A DNA stretch of 64,000 nucleotides from the human T2T-CHM13v2.0 reference genome, Homo sapiens: assembly GCF_009914755.1 (NCBI RefSeq), contig NC_060925.1. One strand, 5' to 3'. Made by a program: the position numbers and the translations under genes. Numbering within the stretch: the stretch's first letter is position 1; every line of letters begins with the position of its first letter. Below, in pieces: positions 14,301 through 29,300 of this stretch. A model generated the notes under the pieces. The model saw nothing but the letters and a program-made list of their open reading frames with translations. It was not told the DNA's origin and did not search any database.

Positions 14301-17300
14301 AACGGAATCGAATGGAATCATCATCGGATGGAAACGAATGGAATCATCATCGAATGGAAATGAAAGGAGTCATCATCTAATGGAATTGCATGGAATCATC
14401 ATAAAATGCAATCGAATGGAATCAACATCAAATGGAATCAAATGGAATCATTGAACGGAATTGAATGGAATCGTCATCGAATGAATTGACTGCAATCATC
14501 GAATGGTCTCGAATGGAATCATCTTCAAATGGAATGGAATGGAATCATCGCATAGAATCGAATGGAATTATCATCGAATGGAATCGAATGGAATCAACAT
14601 CAAACGGAAAAAAACAGAATTATCGTATGGAATCGAAGAGAATCATCGAATGGACCCGAATGGAATCATCTAATGGAATGGAATGGAATAATCCATGGAC
14701 TCGAATGCAATCATCATCGAATGGAATCGAATGGAATCATCGAATGGACTCGAATGGAATAATCATTGAACGGAATCGAATGGAATCATCATCGGATGGA
14801 AATGAATGGAATCATCATCGAATGGAATCGAATAGAATTATGGAATGAAATCCAGTGTGATCATCATCGAATGGACCCGAATGGAATCATCATCCAACGG
14901 AAGCTAATGGAATCAACATCAAATGAATCGAATGGAAACACCATCGAATTGAAACGAATGGAATTATCATGAAATTGAAATGGATGGACACATCATCGAA
15001 TGGATTCGAATGGAATCATCGAATAAAATTGATTGAAATCATCATCCAATGGAATCGAATGGTATCATTGAATGGAATCGAATGGAATCATCATCAGATG
15101 GAAATGAATGGAATCGTCATAGAATGGAATCGAATGGATTCATTGAATGGAATCAGATGGAATCATCGAATGGACTGGAATGGAATCATTGAATGGACTC
15201 GAAAGGGATCATTATTGAATGGAATTGAATGGAATCATCGAATGGTCTCGATTGGAATCATTATCAAATGGAATCGAATGGAATCACCGAATAGAATCGA
15301 ATGGAACAATCATCGAATGGACTCAAATGGAATTATCCTCCAATGGAATCGAATGGAATTATCGAATGCAATCGAATGGAATTATCGAATGCAATCGAAT
15401 AGAATCATCGAATGGACTCGAATGGAATCATCGAATGGAATGGAATGGAACAGTCAATGAACTCGAATGGAATCATCATTGAATGGAATCGAATGGAATC
15501 ATCGAGTGGAATCAAATGGAATTATGATCAAATGGAATCGAATGTAATCATCATCAAATGGAATCAAAAATAACCATCATCAATTGGTATTGAATGGAAT
15601 TGTCATCAAATGGAATTCAAAGGAATCATCATCAAATGGAACCGAATGGAATCCTCATTGAATGGAAATGAAAGGGGTCATCATCTAATGGAATCGCATG
15701 GAATCATCATCAAATGGAATCGAATGGAATCATCATCAAATGGAATCTAATGGAATCATTGAACAGAATTGAATGGAATCGTCATCGAATGAATTGAATG
15801 CAATCATCGAATGGTCTCGAATGGAATCATCTTCTAATGGAAAGGAATGGAATCATCGCATAGAATCGAATGGAATTATCATCGAATGGAATCAAATGGT
15901 ATCAACACCAAACGGAAAAAAACGGAATTATCGAATGGAATCGAAGAGAATCTTCGAACGGACCCGAATGGAATCATCTAATGGAATGGAATGGAATAAT
16001 CCATGGACTCGAATGCAATCATCATCGAATGGAATGGAATGGAATCATCGAATGGACTCGAATGGAATAATCATTGAACGGAATCGAATGGAATCATCAT
16101 CGGATGGAAACGAATGGAATCATCATCGAATGGAAATGAAAGGAGTCATCATCTAATGGAATTGCATGGAATCATCATAAAATGGAATCGAATGGAATCA
16201 ACATCAAATGGAATCAAATGGAATCATTGAACGGAATTGAATGGAATCGTCATCGAATGAATTGACTGCAATCATCGAATGGTCTCGAATGGAATCATCT
16301 TCAAATGGAATGGAATGGAATCATCGCATAGAATCGAATGGAATTATCATCGAATGGAATCGAATGGAATCAACATCAAACGGAAAAAAACGGAATTATC
16401 GAATGGAATCGAAGAGAATCATCGAATGGACCCGAATGGAATCATCTAATGGAATGGAATGGAATAATCCATGGACTCGAATGCAATCATCATCGAATGG
16501 AATCGAATGGAATCATCGAATGGACTCGAATGGAATAATCATTGAACGGAATCGAATGGAATCATCATCGGATGGAAATGAATGGAATCATCATCGAATG
16601 GAATCGAATAGAATTATGGAATGAAATCCAGTGTGATCATCATCGAATGGACCCGAATGGAATCATCATCCAACGGAAGCTAATGGAATCAACATCGAAT
16701 GAATCGAATGGAAACACCATCGAATTGAAACGAATGGAATTATCATGAAATTGAAATGGATGGACTCATCATCGAATGGATTCGAATGGAATCATCGAAT
16801 AAAATTGATTGAAATCATCATCCAATGGAATCGAATGGTATCATTGAATGGAAACGAATGGAATCATCATCAGATGGAAATGAATGGAATCGTCATAGAA
16901 TGGAATCGAATGGATTCATTGAATGGAATCAGATGGAATCATCGAATGGACTGGAATGGAATCATTGAATGGACTCGAAAGGAATCATGATTGAATGGAA
17001 TTGAATGGAATCATCGAATGGTCTCGATTGGAATCATTATCAAATGGAATCGAATGGAATCACCGAATAGAATCGAATGGAACAATCATCGAATGGACTC
17101 AAATGGAATTATCCTCCAATGGAATCGAATGGAATTATCGAATGCAATCGAATGGAATTATCGAATGCAATCGAATAGAATCATCGAATGGACTCGAATG
17201 GAATCATCGAATGGAATGGAATGGAACAGTCAATGAACTCGAATGGAATCATCATTGAATGGAATCGAATGGAATCATCGAGTGGAATCGAATGGAATTA

Positions 17301-20300
17301 TGATCAAATGGAATCGAATGTAATCATCATCAAATGGAATCAAAAATAACCATCATCAATTGGTATTGAATGGAATTGTCATCAAATGGAATTCAAAGGA
17401 ATCATCATCAAATGGAACCGAATGGAATCCTCATTGAATGGAAATGAAAGGGGTCATCATCTAATGGAATCGCATGGAATCATCATCAAATGGAATCGAA
17501 TGGAATCATCATCAAATGGAATCTAATGGAATCATTGAACAGAATTGAATGGAATCGTCATCGAATGAATTGAATGCAATCATCGAATGGTCTCGAATGG
17601 AATCATCTTCTAATGGAAAGGAATGGAATCATCGCATAGAATCGAATGGAATTATCATCGAATGGAATCAAATGGTATCAACACCAAACGGAAAAAAACG
17701 GAATTATCGAATGGAATCGAAGAGAATCTTCGAACGGACCCGAATGGAATCATCTAATGGAATGGAATGGAATAATCCATGGACTCGAATGCAATCATCA
17801 TCGAATGGAATGGAATGGAATCATCGAATGGACTCGAATGGAATAATCATTGAAGGGAATCGAATGGAATCATCATCGGATGGAAACGAATGGAATCATC
17901 ATCGAATGGAAATGAAAGGAGTCATCATCTACTGGAATTGCATGGAATCATCATAAAATGGAATCGAATGGAATCCACATCAAATGGAATCAAATGGAAT
18001 CATTGAACGGAATTGAATGGAATCGTCATCGAATGAATTGACTGCAATCATCGAATGGGCTCGAATGGAATCATCTTCAAATGGAATGGAATGGAATCAT
18101 CGCATAGAATCGAATGGAATTATCATCGAATGGAATCGAATGGAATCAACATCAAATGGAAAAAAACGGAATTATCGAATGGAATCGAAGAGAATCATCG
18201 AATGGACCCGAATGGAATCATCTAATGGAATGGAATGGAATAATCCATGGACTCGAATGCAATCATCATCGAATGGAATCGAATGGAATCATCGAATGGA
18301 CTCGAATGGAATAATCATTGAACGGAATCGAATGGAATCATCATCGGATGGAAATGAATGGAATCATCATCGAATGGAATCGAATAGAATTATGGAATGA
18401 AATCCAGTGTGATCATCATCGAATGGACCCGAATGGAATCATCATCCAACAGAAGCTAATGGAATCAACATCGAATGAATCGAATGGAAACACCATCGAA
18501 TTGAAACGAATGGAATTATCATGAAATTGAAATGGATGGACTCATCATCGAATGGATTCGAATGGAATCATCGAATAAAATTGATTGAAATCATCATCCA
18601 ATGGAATCGAATGGTATCATTGAATGGAATCGAATGGAATCATCATCAGATGGAAATGAATGGAATCGTCATAGAATGGAATCGAATGGATTCATTGAAT
18701 GGAATCAGATGGAATCATCGAATGGACTGGAATGGAATCATTGAATGGACTCGAAAGGGATCATTATTGAATGGAATTGAATGGAATCATCGAATGGTCT
18801 CGATTGGAATCATTATCAAATGGAATCGAATGGAATCACCGAATAGAATCGAATGGAACAATCATCGAATGGACTCAAATGGAATTATCCTCAAATGGAA
18901 TCGAATGGAATTATCGAATGCAATCGAATGGAATTATCGAATGCAATCGAATAGAATCATCGAATGGACTCGAATGGAATCATCGAATGGAATGGAATGG
19001 AACAGTCAATGAACTCGAATGGAATCATCATTGATTGGAATCGAATGGAATCATCGAGTGGAATCGAATGGAATTATGATCAAATGGAATCGAATGTAAT
19101 CATCATCAAATGGAATCAAAAATAACCATCATCAATTGGTATTGAATGGAATTGTCATCAAATGGAATTCAAAGGAATCATCATCAAATGGAACCGAATG
19201 GAATCCTCATTGAATGGAAATGAAAGGGGTCATCATCTAATGGAATCGCATGGAATCATCATCAAATGGAATCGAATGGAATCATCATCAAATGGAATCT
19301 AATGGAATCATTGAACAGAATTGAATGGAATCGTCATCGAATGAATTGAATGCAATCATCGAATGGTCTCGAATGGAATCATCTTCTAATGGAAAGGAAT
19401 GGAATCATCGCATAGAATCGAATGGAATTATCATCGAATGGAATCGAATGGTATCAACACCAAACGGAAAAAAACGGAATTATCGAATGGAATCGAAGAG
19501 AATCTTCGAACGGACCCGAATGGAATCATCTAATGGAATGGAATGGAATAATCCATGGACTCGAATGCAATCATCATCGAATGGAATCGAATGGAGTCAT
19601 CGAATGGACTCGAATGGAATAATCATTGAACGGAATCGAATGGAATCATCATCGGATGGAAACGAATGGAATCATCATCGAATGGAAATGAAAGGAGTCA
19701 TCATCTAATGGAATTGCATGGAATCATCATAAAATGGAATCGAATGGAATCAACATCAAATGGAATCAAATGGAATCATTGAACGGAATTGAATGGAATC
19801 GTCATCGAATGAATTGACTGCAATCATCGAATGGTCTCGAATGGAATCATCTTCAAATGGAATGGAATGGAATCATCGCATAGAATCGAATGGAATTATC
19901 ATCGAATGGAATCGAATGGAATCAACATCAAACGGAAAAAAACAGAATTATCGTATGGAATCGAAGAGAATCATCGAATGGACCCGAATGGAATCATCTA
20001 ATGGAATGGAATGGAATAATCCATGGACTCGAATGCAATCATCATCGAATGGAATCGAATGGAATCATCGAATGGACTCGAATGGAATAATCATTGAACG
20101 GAATCGAATGGAATCATCATCGGATGGAAATGAATGGAATCATCATCGAATGGAATCGAATAGAATTATGGAATGAAATCCAGTGTGATCATCATCGAAT
20201 GGACCCGAATGGAATCATCATCCAACGGAAGCTAATGGAATCAACATCGAATGAATCGAATGGAAACACCATCGAATTGAAACGAATGGAATTATCATGA

Positions 20301-23300
20301 AATTGAAATGGATGGACACATCATCGAATGGATTCGAATGGAATCATCGAATAAAATTGATTGAAATCATCATCCAATGGAATCGAATGGTATCATTGAA
20401 TGGAATCGAATGGAATCATCATCAGATGGAAATGAATGGAATCGTCATAGAATGGAATCGAATGGATTCATTGAATGGAATCAGATGGAATCATCGAATG
20501 GACTGGAATGGAATCATTGAATGGACTCGAAAGGGATCATTATTGAATGGAATTGAATGGAATCATCGAATGGTCTCGATTGGAATCATTATCAAATGGA
20601 ATCGAATGGAATCACCGAATAGAATCGAATGGAACAATCATCGAATGGGCTCAAATGGAATTATCCTCCAATGGAATCGAATGGAATTATCGAATGCAAT
20701 CGAATGGAATTATCGAATGCAATCGAATAGAATCATCGAATGGACTCGAATGGAATCATCGAATGGAATGGAATGGAACAGTCAATGAACTCGAATGGAA
20801 TCATCATTGAATGGAATCGAATGGAATCATCGAGTGGAATCGAATGGAATTATGATCAAATGGAATCGAATGTAATCATCATCAAATGGAATCAAAAATA
20901 ACCATCATCAATTGGTATTGAATGGAATTGTCATCAAATGGAATTCAAAGGAATCATCATCAAATGGAACCGAATGGAATCCTCATTGAATGGAAATGAA
21001 AGGGGTCATCATCTAATGGAATCGCATGGAATCATCATCAAATGGAATCGAATGGAATCATCATCAAATGGAATCTAATGGAATCATTGAACAGAATTGA
21101 ATGGAATCGTCATCGAATGAATTGAATGCAATCATCGAATGGTCTCGAATGGAATCATCTTCTAATGGAAAGGAATGGAATCATCGCATAGAATCGAATG
21201 GAATTATCATCGAATGGAATCGAATGGTATCAACACCAAACGGAAAAATACGGAATTATCGAATGGAATCGAAGAGAATCTTCGAACGGACCCGAATGGA
21301 ATCATCTAATGGAATGGAATGGAATAATCCATGGACTCGAATGCAATCATCATCGAATGGAATGGAATGGAATCATCGAATGGACTCGAATGGAATAATA
21401 ATTGAACGGAATCGAATGGAATCATCATCGGATGGAAACGAATGGAATCATCATCGAATGGAAATGAAAGGAGTCATCATCTAATGGAATTGCATGGAAT
21501 CATCATAAAATGGAATCGAATGGAATCAACATCAAATGGAATCAAATGGAATCATTGAACGGAATTGAATGGAATCGTCATCGAATGAATTGACTGCAAT
21601 CATCGAATGGTCTCGAATGGAATCATCTTCAAATGGAATGGAATGGAATCATCGCATAGAATCGAATGGAATTATCATCGAATGGAATCGAATGGAATCA
21701 ACATCAAACGGAAAAAAACGGAATTATCGAATGGAATCGAAGAGAATCATCGAATGGACCCGAATGGAATCATCTAATGGAATGGAATGGAATAATCCAT
21801 GGACTCGAATGCAATCATCATCGAATGGAATCGAATGGAATCATCGAATGGACTCGAATGGAATAATCATTGAACGGAATCGAATGGAATCATCATCGGA
21901 TGGAAATGAATGGAATCATCATCGAATGGAATCGAATAGAATTATGGAATGAAATCCAGTGTGATCATCATCGAATGGACCCGAATGGAATCATCATCCA
22001 ACGGAAGCTAATGGAATCAACATCGAATGAATCGAATGGAAACACCATCGAATTGAAACGAATGGAATTATCATGAAATTGAAATGGATGGACTCATCAT
22101 CGAATGGATTCGAATGGAATCATCGAATAAAATTGATTGAAATCATCATCCAATGGAATCGAATGGTATCATTGAATGGAAACGAATGGAATCATCATCA
22201 GATGGAAATGAATGGAATCGTCATAGAATGGAATCGAATGGATTCATTGAATGGAATCAGATGGAATCATCGAATGGACTGGAATGGAATCATTGAATGG
22301 ACTCGAAAGGGATCATGATTGAATGGAATTGAATGGAATCATCGAATGGTCTCGATTGGAATCATTATCAAATGGAATCGAATGGAATCACCGAATAGAA
22401 TCGAATGGAACAATCATCGAATGGACTCAAATGGAATTATCCTCCAATGGAATCGAATGGAATTATCGAATGCAATCGAATGGAATTATCGAATGCAATC
22501 GAATAGAATCATCGAATGGACTCGAATGGAATCATCGAATGGAATGGAATGGAACAGTCAATGAACTCGAATGGAATCATCATTGAATGGAATCGAATGG
22601 AATCATCGAGTGGAATCGAATGGAATTATGATCAAATGGAATCGAATGTAATCATCATCAAATGGAATCAAAAATAACCATCATCAATTGGTATTGAATG
22701 GAATTGTCATCAAATGGAATTCAAAGGAATCATCATCAAATGGAACCGAATGGAATCCTCATTGAATGGAAATGAAAGGGGTCATCATCTAATGGAATCG
22801 CATGGAATCATCATCAAATGGAATCGAATGGAATCATCATCAAATGGAATCTAATGGAATCATTGAACAGAATTGAATGGAATCGTCATCGAATGAATTG
22901 AATGCAATCATCGAATGGTCTCGAATGGAATCATCTTCTAATGGAAAGGAATGGAATCATCGCATAGAATCGAATGGAATTATCATCGAATGGAATCAAA
23001 TGGTATCAACACCAAACGGAAAAAAACGGAATTATCGAATGGAATCGAAGAGAATCTTCGAACGGACCCGAATGGAATCATCTAATGGAATGGAATGGAA
23101 TAATCCATGGACTCGAATGCAATCATCATCGAATGGAATGGAATGGAATCATCGAATGGACTCGAATGGAATAATCATTGAAGGGAATCGAATGGAATCA
23201 TCATCGGATGGAAACGAATGGAATCATCATCGAATGGAAATGAAAGGAGTCATCATCTAATGGAATTGCATGGAATCATCATAAAATGGAATCGAATGGA

Positions 23301-26300
23301 ATCCACATCAAATGGAATCAAATGGAATCATTGAACGGAATTGAATGGAATCGTCATCGAATGAATTGACTGCAATCATCGAATGGGCTCGAATGGAATC
23401 ATCTTCAAATGGAATGGAATGGAATCATCGCATAGAATCGAATGGAATTATCATCGAATGGAATCGAATGGAATCAACATCAAATGGAAAAAAACGGAAT
23501 TATCGAATGGAATCGAAGAGAATCATCGAATGGACCCGAATGGAATCATCTAATGGAATGGAATGGAATAATCCATGGACTCGAATGCAATCATCATCGA
23601 ATGGAATCGAATGGAATCATCGAATGGACTCGAATGGAATAATCATTGAACGGAATCGAATGGAATCATCATCGGATGGAAATGAATGGAATCATCATCG
23701 AATGGAATCGAATATAATTATGGAATGAAATCCAGTGTGATCATCATCGAATGGACCCGAATGGAATCATCATCCAACGGAAGCTAATGGAATCAACATC
23801 GAATGAATCGAATGGAAACACCATCGAATTGAAACGAATGGAATTATCATGAAATTGAAATGGATGGACTCATCATCGAATGGATTCGAATGGAATCATC
23901 GAATAAAATTGATTGAAATCATCATCCAATGGAATCGAATGGTATCATTGAATGGAATCGAATGGAATCATCATCAGATGGAAATGAATGGAATCGTCAT
24001 AGAATGGAATCGAATGGATTCATTGAATGGAATCAGATGGAATCTTCGAATGGACTGGAATGGAATCATTGAATGGACTCGAAAGGGATCATGATTGAAT
24101 GGAATTGAATGGAATCATCGAATGGTCTCGATTGGAATCATTATCAAATGGAATCGAATGGAATCACCGAATAGAATCGAATGGAACAATCATCGAATGG
24201 ACTCAAATGGAATTATCCTCAAATGGAATCGAATGGAATTATCGAATGCAATCGAATGGAATTATCGAATGCAATCGAATAGAATCATCGAATGGACTCG
24301 AATGGAATCATCGAATGGAATGGAATGGAACAGTCAATGAACTCGAATGGAATCATCATTGATTGGAATCGAATGGAATCATCGAGTGGAATCGAATGGA
24401 ATTATGATCAAATGGAATCGAATGTAATCATCATCAAATGGAATCAAAAATAACCATCATCAATTGGTATTGAATGGAATTGTCATCAAATGGAATTCAA
24501 AGGAATCATCATCAAATGGAACCGAATGGAATCCTCATTGAATGGAAATGAAAGGGGTCATCATCTAATGGAATCGCATGGAATCATCATCAAATGGAAT
24601 CGAATGGAATCATCATCAAATGGAATCTAATGGAATCATTGAACAGAATTGAATGGAATCGTCATCGAATGAATTGAATGCAATCATCGAATGGTCTCGA
24701 ATGGAATCATCTTCTAATGGAAAGGAATGGAATCATCGCATAGAATCGAATGGAATTATCATCGAATGGAATCGAATGGTATCAACACCAAACGGAAAAA
24801 AACGGAATTATCGAATGGAATCGAAGAGAATCTTCGAACGGACCCGAATGGAATCATCTAATGGAATGGAATGGAATAATCCATGGACTCGAATGCAATC
24901 ATCATCGAATGGAATCGAATGGAGTCATCGAATGGACTCGAATGGAATAATCATTGAACGGAATCGAATGGAATCATCATCGGATGGAAACGAATGGAAT
25001 CATCATCGAATGGAAATGAAAGGAGTCATCATCTAATGGAATTGCATGGAATCATCATAAAATGCAATCGAATGGAATCAACATCAAATGGAATCAAATG
25101 GAATCATTGAACGGAATTGAATGGAATCGTCATCGAATGAATTGACTGCAATCATCGAATGGTCTCGAATGGAATCATCTTCAAATGGAATGGAATGGAA
25201 TCATCGCATAGAATCGAATGGAATTATCATCGAATGGAATCGAATGGAATCAACATCAAACGGAAAAAAACGGAATTATCGAATGGAATCGAAGAGAATC
25301 ATCGAATGGACCCGAATGGAATCATCTAATGGAATGGAATGGAATAATCCATGGACTCGAATGCAATCATCATCGAATGGAATCGAATGGAATCATCGAA
25401 TGGACTCGAATGGAATAATCATTGAACGGAATCGAATGGAATCATCATCGGATGGAAATGAATGGAATCATCATCGAATGGAATCGAATAGAATTATGGA
25501 ATGAAATCCAGTGTGATCATCATCGAATGGACCCGAATGGAATCATCATCCAACGGAAGCTAATGGAATCAACATCGAATGAATCGAATGGAAACACCAT
25601 CGAATTGAAACGAATGGAATTATCATGAAATTGAAATGGATGGACTCATCATCGAATGGATTCGAATGGAATCATCGAATAAAATTGATTGAAATCATCA
25701 TGCAATGGAATCGAATGGTATCATTGAATGGAATCGAATGGAATCATCATCAGATGGAAATGAATGGAATCGTCATAGAATGGAATCGAATGGATTCATT
25801 GAATGGAATCAGATGGAATCATCGAATGGACTGGAATGGAATCATTGAATGGACTCGAAAGGGATCATTATTGAATGGAATTGAATGGAATCATCGAATG
25901 GTCTCGATTGGAATCATTATCACATGGAATCGAATGGAATCACCGAATAGAATCGAATGGAACAATCATCGAATGGACTCAAATGGAATTATCCTCCAAT
26001 GGAATCGAATGGAATTATCGAATGCAATCGAATGGAATTATCGAATGCAATCGAATAGAATCATCGAATGGACTCGAATGGAATCATCGAATGGAATGGA
26101 ATGGAACAGTCAATGAACTCGAATGGAATCATCATTGAATGGAATCGAATGGAATCATCGAGTGGAATCGAATGGAATTATGATCAAATGGAATCGAATG
26201 TAATCCTCATCAAATGGAATCAAAAATAACCATCATCAATTGGTATTGAATGGAATTGTCATCAAATGGAATTCAAAGGAATCATCATCAAATGGAACCG

Positions 26301-29300
26301 AATGGAATCCTCATTGAATGGAAATGAAAGGGGTCATCATCTAATGGAATCGCATGGAATCATCATCAAATGGAATCGAATGGAATCATCATCAAATGGA
26401 ATCTAATGGAATCATTGAACAGAATTGAATGGAATCGTCATCGAATGAATTGAATGCAATCATCGAATGGTCTCGAATGGAATCATCTTCTAATGGAAAG
26501 GAATGGAATCATCGCATAGAATCGAATGGAATTATCATCGAATGGAATCGAATGGTATCAACACCAAACGGAAAAATACGGAATTATCGAATGGAATCGA
26601 AGAGAATCTTCGAACGGACCCGAATGGAATCATCTAATGGAATGGAATGGAATAATCCATGGACTCGAATGCAATCATCATCGAATGGAATGGAATGGAA
26701 TCATCGAATGGACTCGAATGGAATAATCATTGAACGGAATCGAATGGAATCATCATCGGATGGAAACGAATGGAATCATCATCGAATGGAAATGAAAGGA
26801 GTCATCATCTAATGGAATTGCATGGAATCATCATAAAATGGAATCGAATGGAATCAACATCAAATGGAATCAAATGGAATCATTGAACGGAATTGAATGG
26901 AATCGTCATCGAATGAATTGACTGCAATCATCGAATGGTCTCGAATGGAATCATCTTCAAATGGAATGGAATGGAATCATCGCATAGAATCGAATGGAAT
27001 TATCATCGAATGGAATCGAATGGAATCAACATCAAACGGAAAAAACGGAATTATCGAATGGAATCGAAGAGAATCATCGAATGGACCCGAATGGAATCAT
27101 CTAATGGAATGGAATGGAATAATCCATGGACTCGAATGCAATCATCATCGAATGGAATCGAATGGAATCATCGAATGGACTCGAATGGAATAATCATTGA
27201 ACGGAATCGAATGGAATCATCATCGGATGGAAATGAATGGAATCATCATCGAATGGAATCGAATAGAATTATGGAATGAAATCCAGTGTGATCATCATCG
27301 AATGGACCCGAATGGAATCATCATCCAACGGAAGCTAATGGAATCAACATCGAATGAATCGAATGGAAACACCATCGAATTGAAACGAATGGAATTATCA
27401 TGAAATTGAAATGGATGGACTCATCATCGAATGGATTCGAATGGAATCATCGAATAAAATTGATTGAAATCATCATCCAATGGAATCGAATGGTATCATT
27501 GAATGGAAACGAATGGAATCATCATCAGATGGAAATGAATGGAATCGTCATAGAATGGAATCGAATGGATTCATTGAATGGAATCAGATGGAATCATCGA
27601 ATGGACTGGAATGGAATCATTGAATGGACTCGAAAGGGATCATGATTGAATGGAATTGAATGGAATCATCGAATGGTCTCGATTGGAATCATTATCAAAT
27701 GGAATCGAATGGAATCACCGAATAGAATCGAATGGAACAATCATCGAATGGACTCAAATGGAATTATCCTCCAATGGAATCGAATGGAATTATCGAATGC
27801 AATCGAATGGAATTATCGAATGCAATCGAATAGAATCATCGAATGGACTCGAATGGAATCATCGAATGGAATGGAATGGAACAGTCAATGAACTCGAATG
27901 GAATCATCATTGAATGGAATCGAATGGAATCATCGAGTGGAATCGAATGGAATTATGATCAAATGGAATCGAATGTAATCATCATCAAATGGAATCAAAA
28001 ATAACCATCATCAATTGGTATTGAATGGAATTGTCATCAAATGGAATTCAAAGGAATCATCATCAAATGGAACCGAATGGAATCCTCATTGAATGGAAAT
28101 GAAAGGGGTCATCATCTAATGGAATCGCATGGAATCATCATCAAATGGAATCGAATGGAATCATCATCAAATGGAATCTAATGGAATCATTGAACAGAAT
28201 TGAATGGAATCGTCATCGAATGAATTGAATGCAATCATCGAATGGTCTCGAATGGAATCATCTTCTAATGGAAAGGAATGGAATCATCGCATAGAATCGA
28301 ATGGAATTATCATCGAATGGAATCAAATGGTATCAACACCAAACGGAAAAAAACGGAATTATCGAATGGAATCGAAGAGAATCTTCGAACGGACCCGAAT
28401 GGAATCATCTAATGGAATGGAATGGAATAATCCATGGACTCGAATGCAATCATCATCGAATGGAATGGAATGGAATCATCGAATGGACTCGAATGGAATA
28501 ATCATTGAACGGAATCGAATGGAATCATCATCGGATGGAAACGAATGGAATCATCATCGAATGGAAATGAAAGGAGTCATCATCTAATGGAATTGCATGG
28601 AATCATCATAAAATGGAATCGAATGGAATCAACATCAAATGGAATCAAATGGAATCATTGAACGGAATTGAATGGAATCGTCATCGAATGAATTGACTGC
28701 AATCATCGAATGGTCTCGAATGGAATCATCTTCAAATGGAATGGAATGGAATCATCGCATAGAATCGAATGGAATTATCATCGAATGGAATCGAATGGAA
28801 TCAACATCAAACGGAAAAAAACGGAATTATCGAATGGAATCGAAGAGAATCATCGAATGGACCCGAATGGAATCATCTAATGGAATGGAATGGAATAATC
28901 CATGGACTCGAATGCAATCATCATCGAATGGAATCGAATGGAATCATCGAATGGACTCGAATGGAATAATCATTGAACGGAATCGAATGGAATCATCATC
29001 GGATGGAAATGAATGGAATCATCATCGAATGGAATCGAATAGAATTATGGAATGAAATCCAGTGTGATCATCATCGAATGGACCCGAATGGAATCATCAT
29101 CCAACGGAAGCTAATGGAATCAACATCGAATGAATCGAATGGAAACACCATCGAATTGAAACGAATGGAATTATCATGAAATTGAAATGGATGGACTCAT
29201 CATCGAATGGATTCGAATGGAATCATCGAATAAAATTGATTGAAATCATCATCCAATGGAATCGAATGGTATCATTGAATGGAAACGAATGGAATCATCA

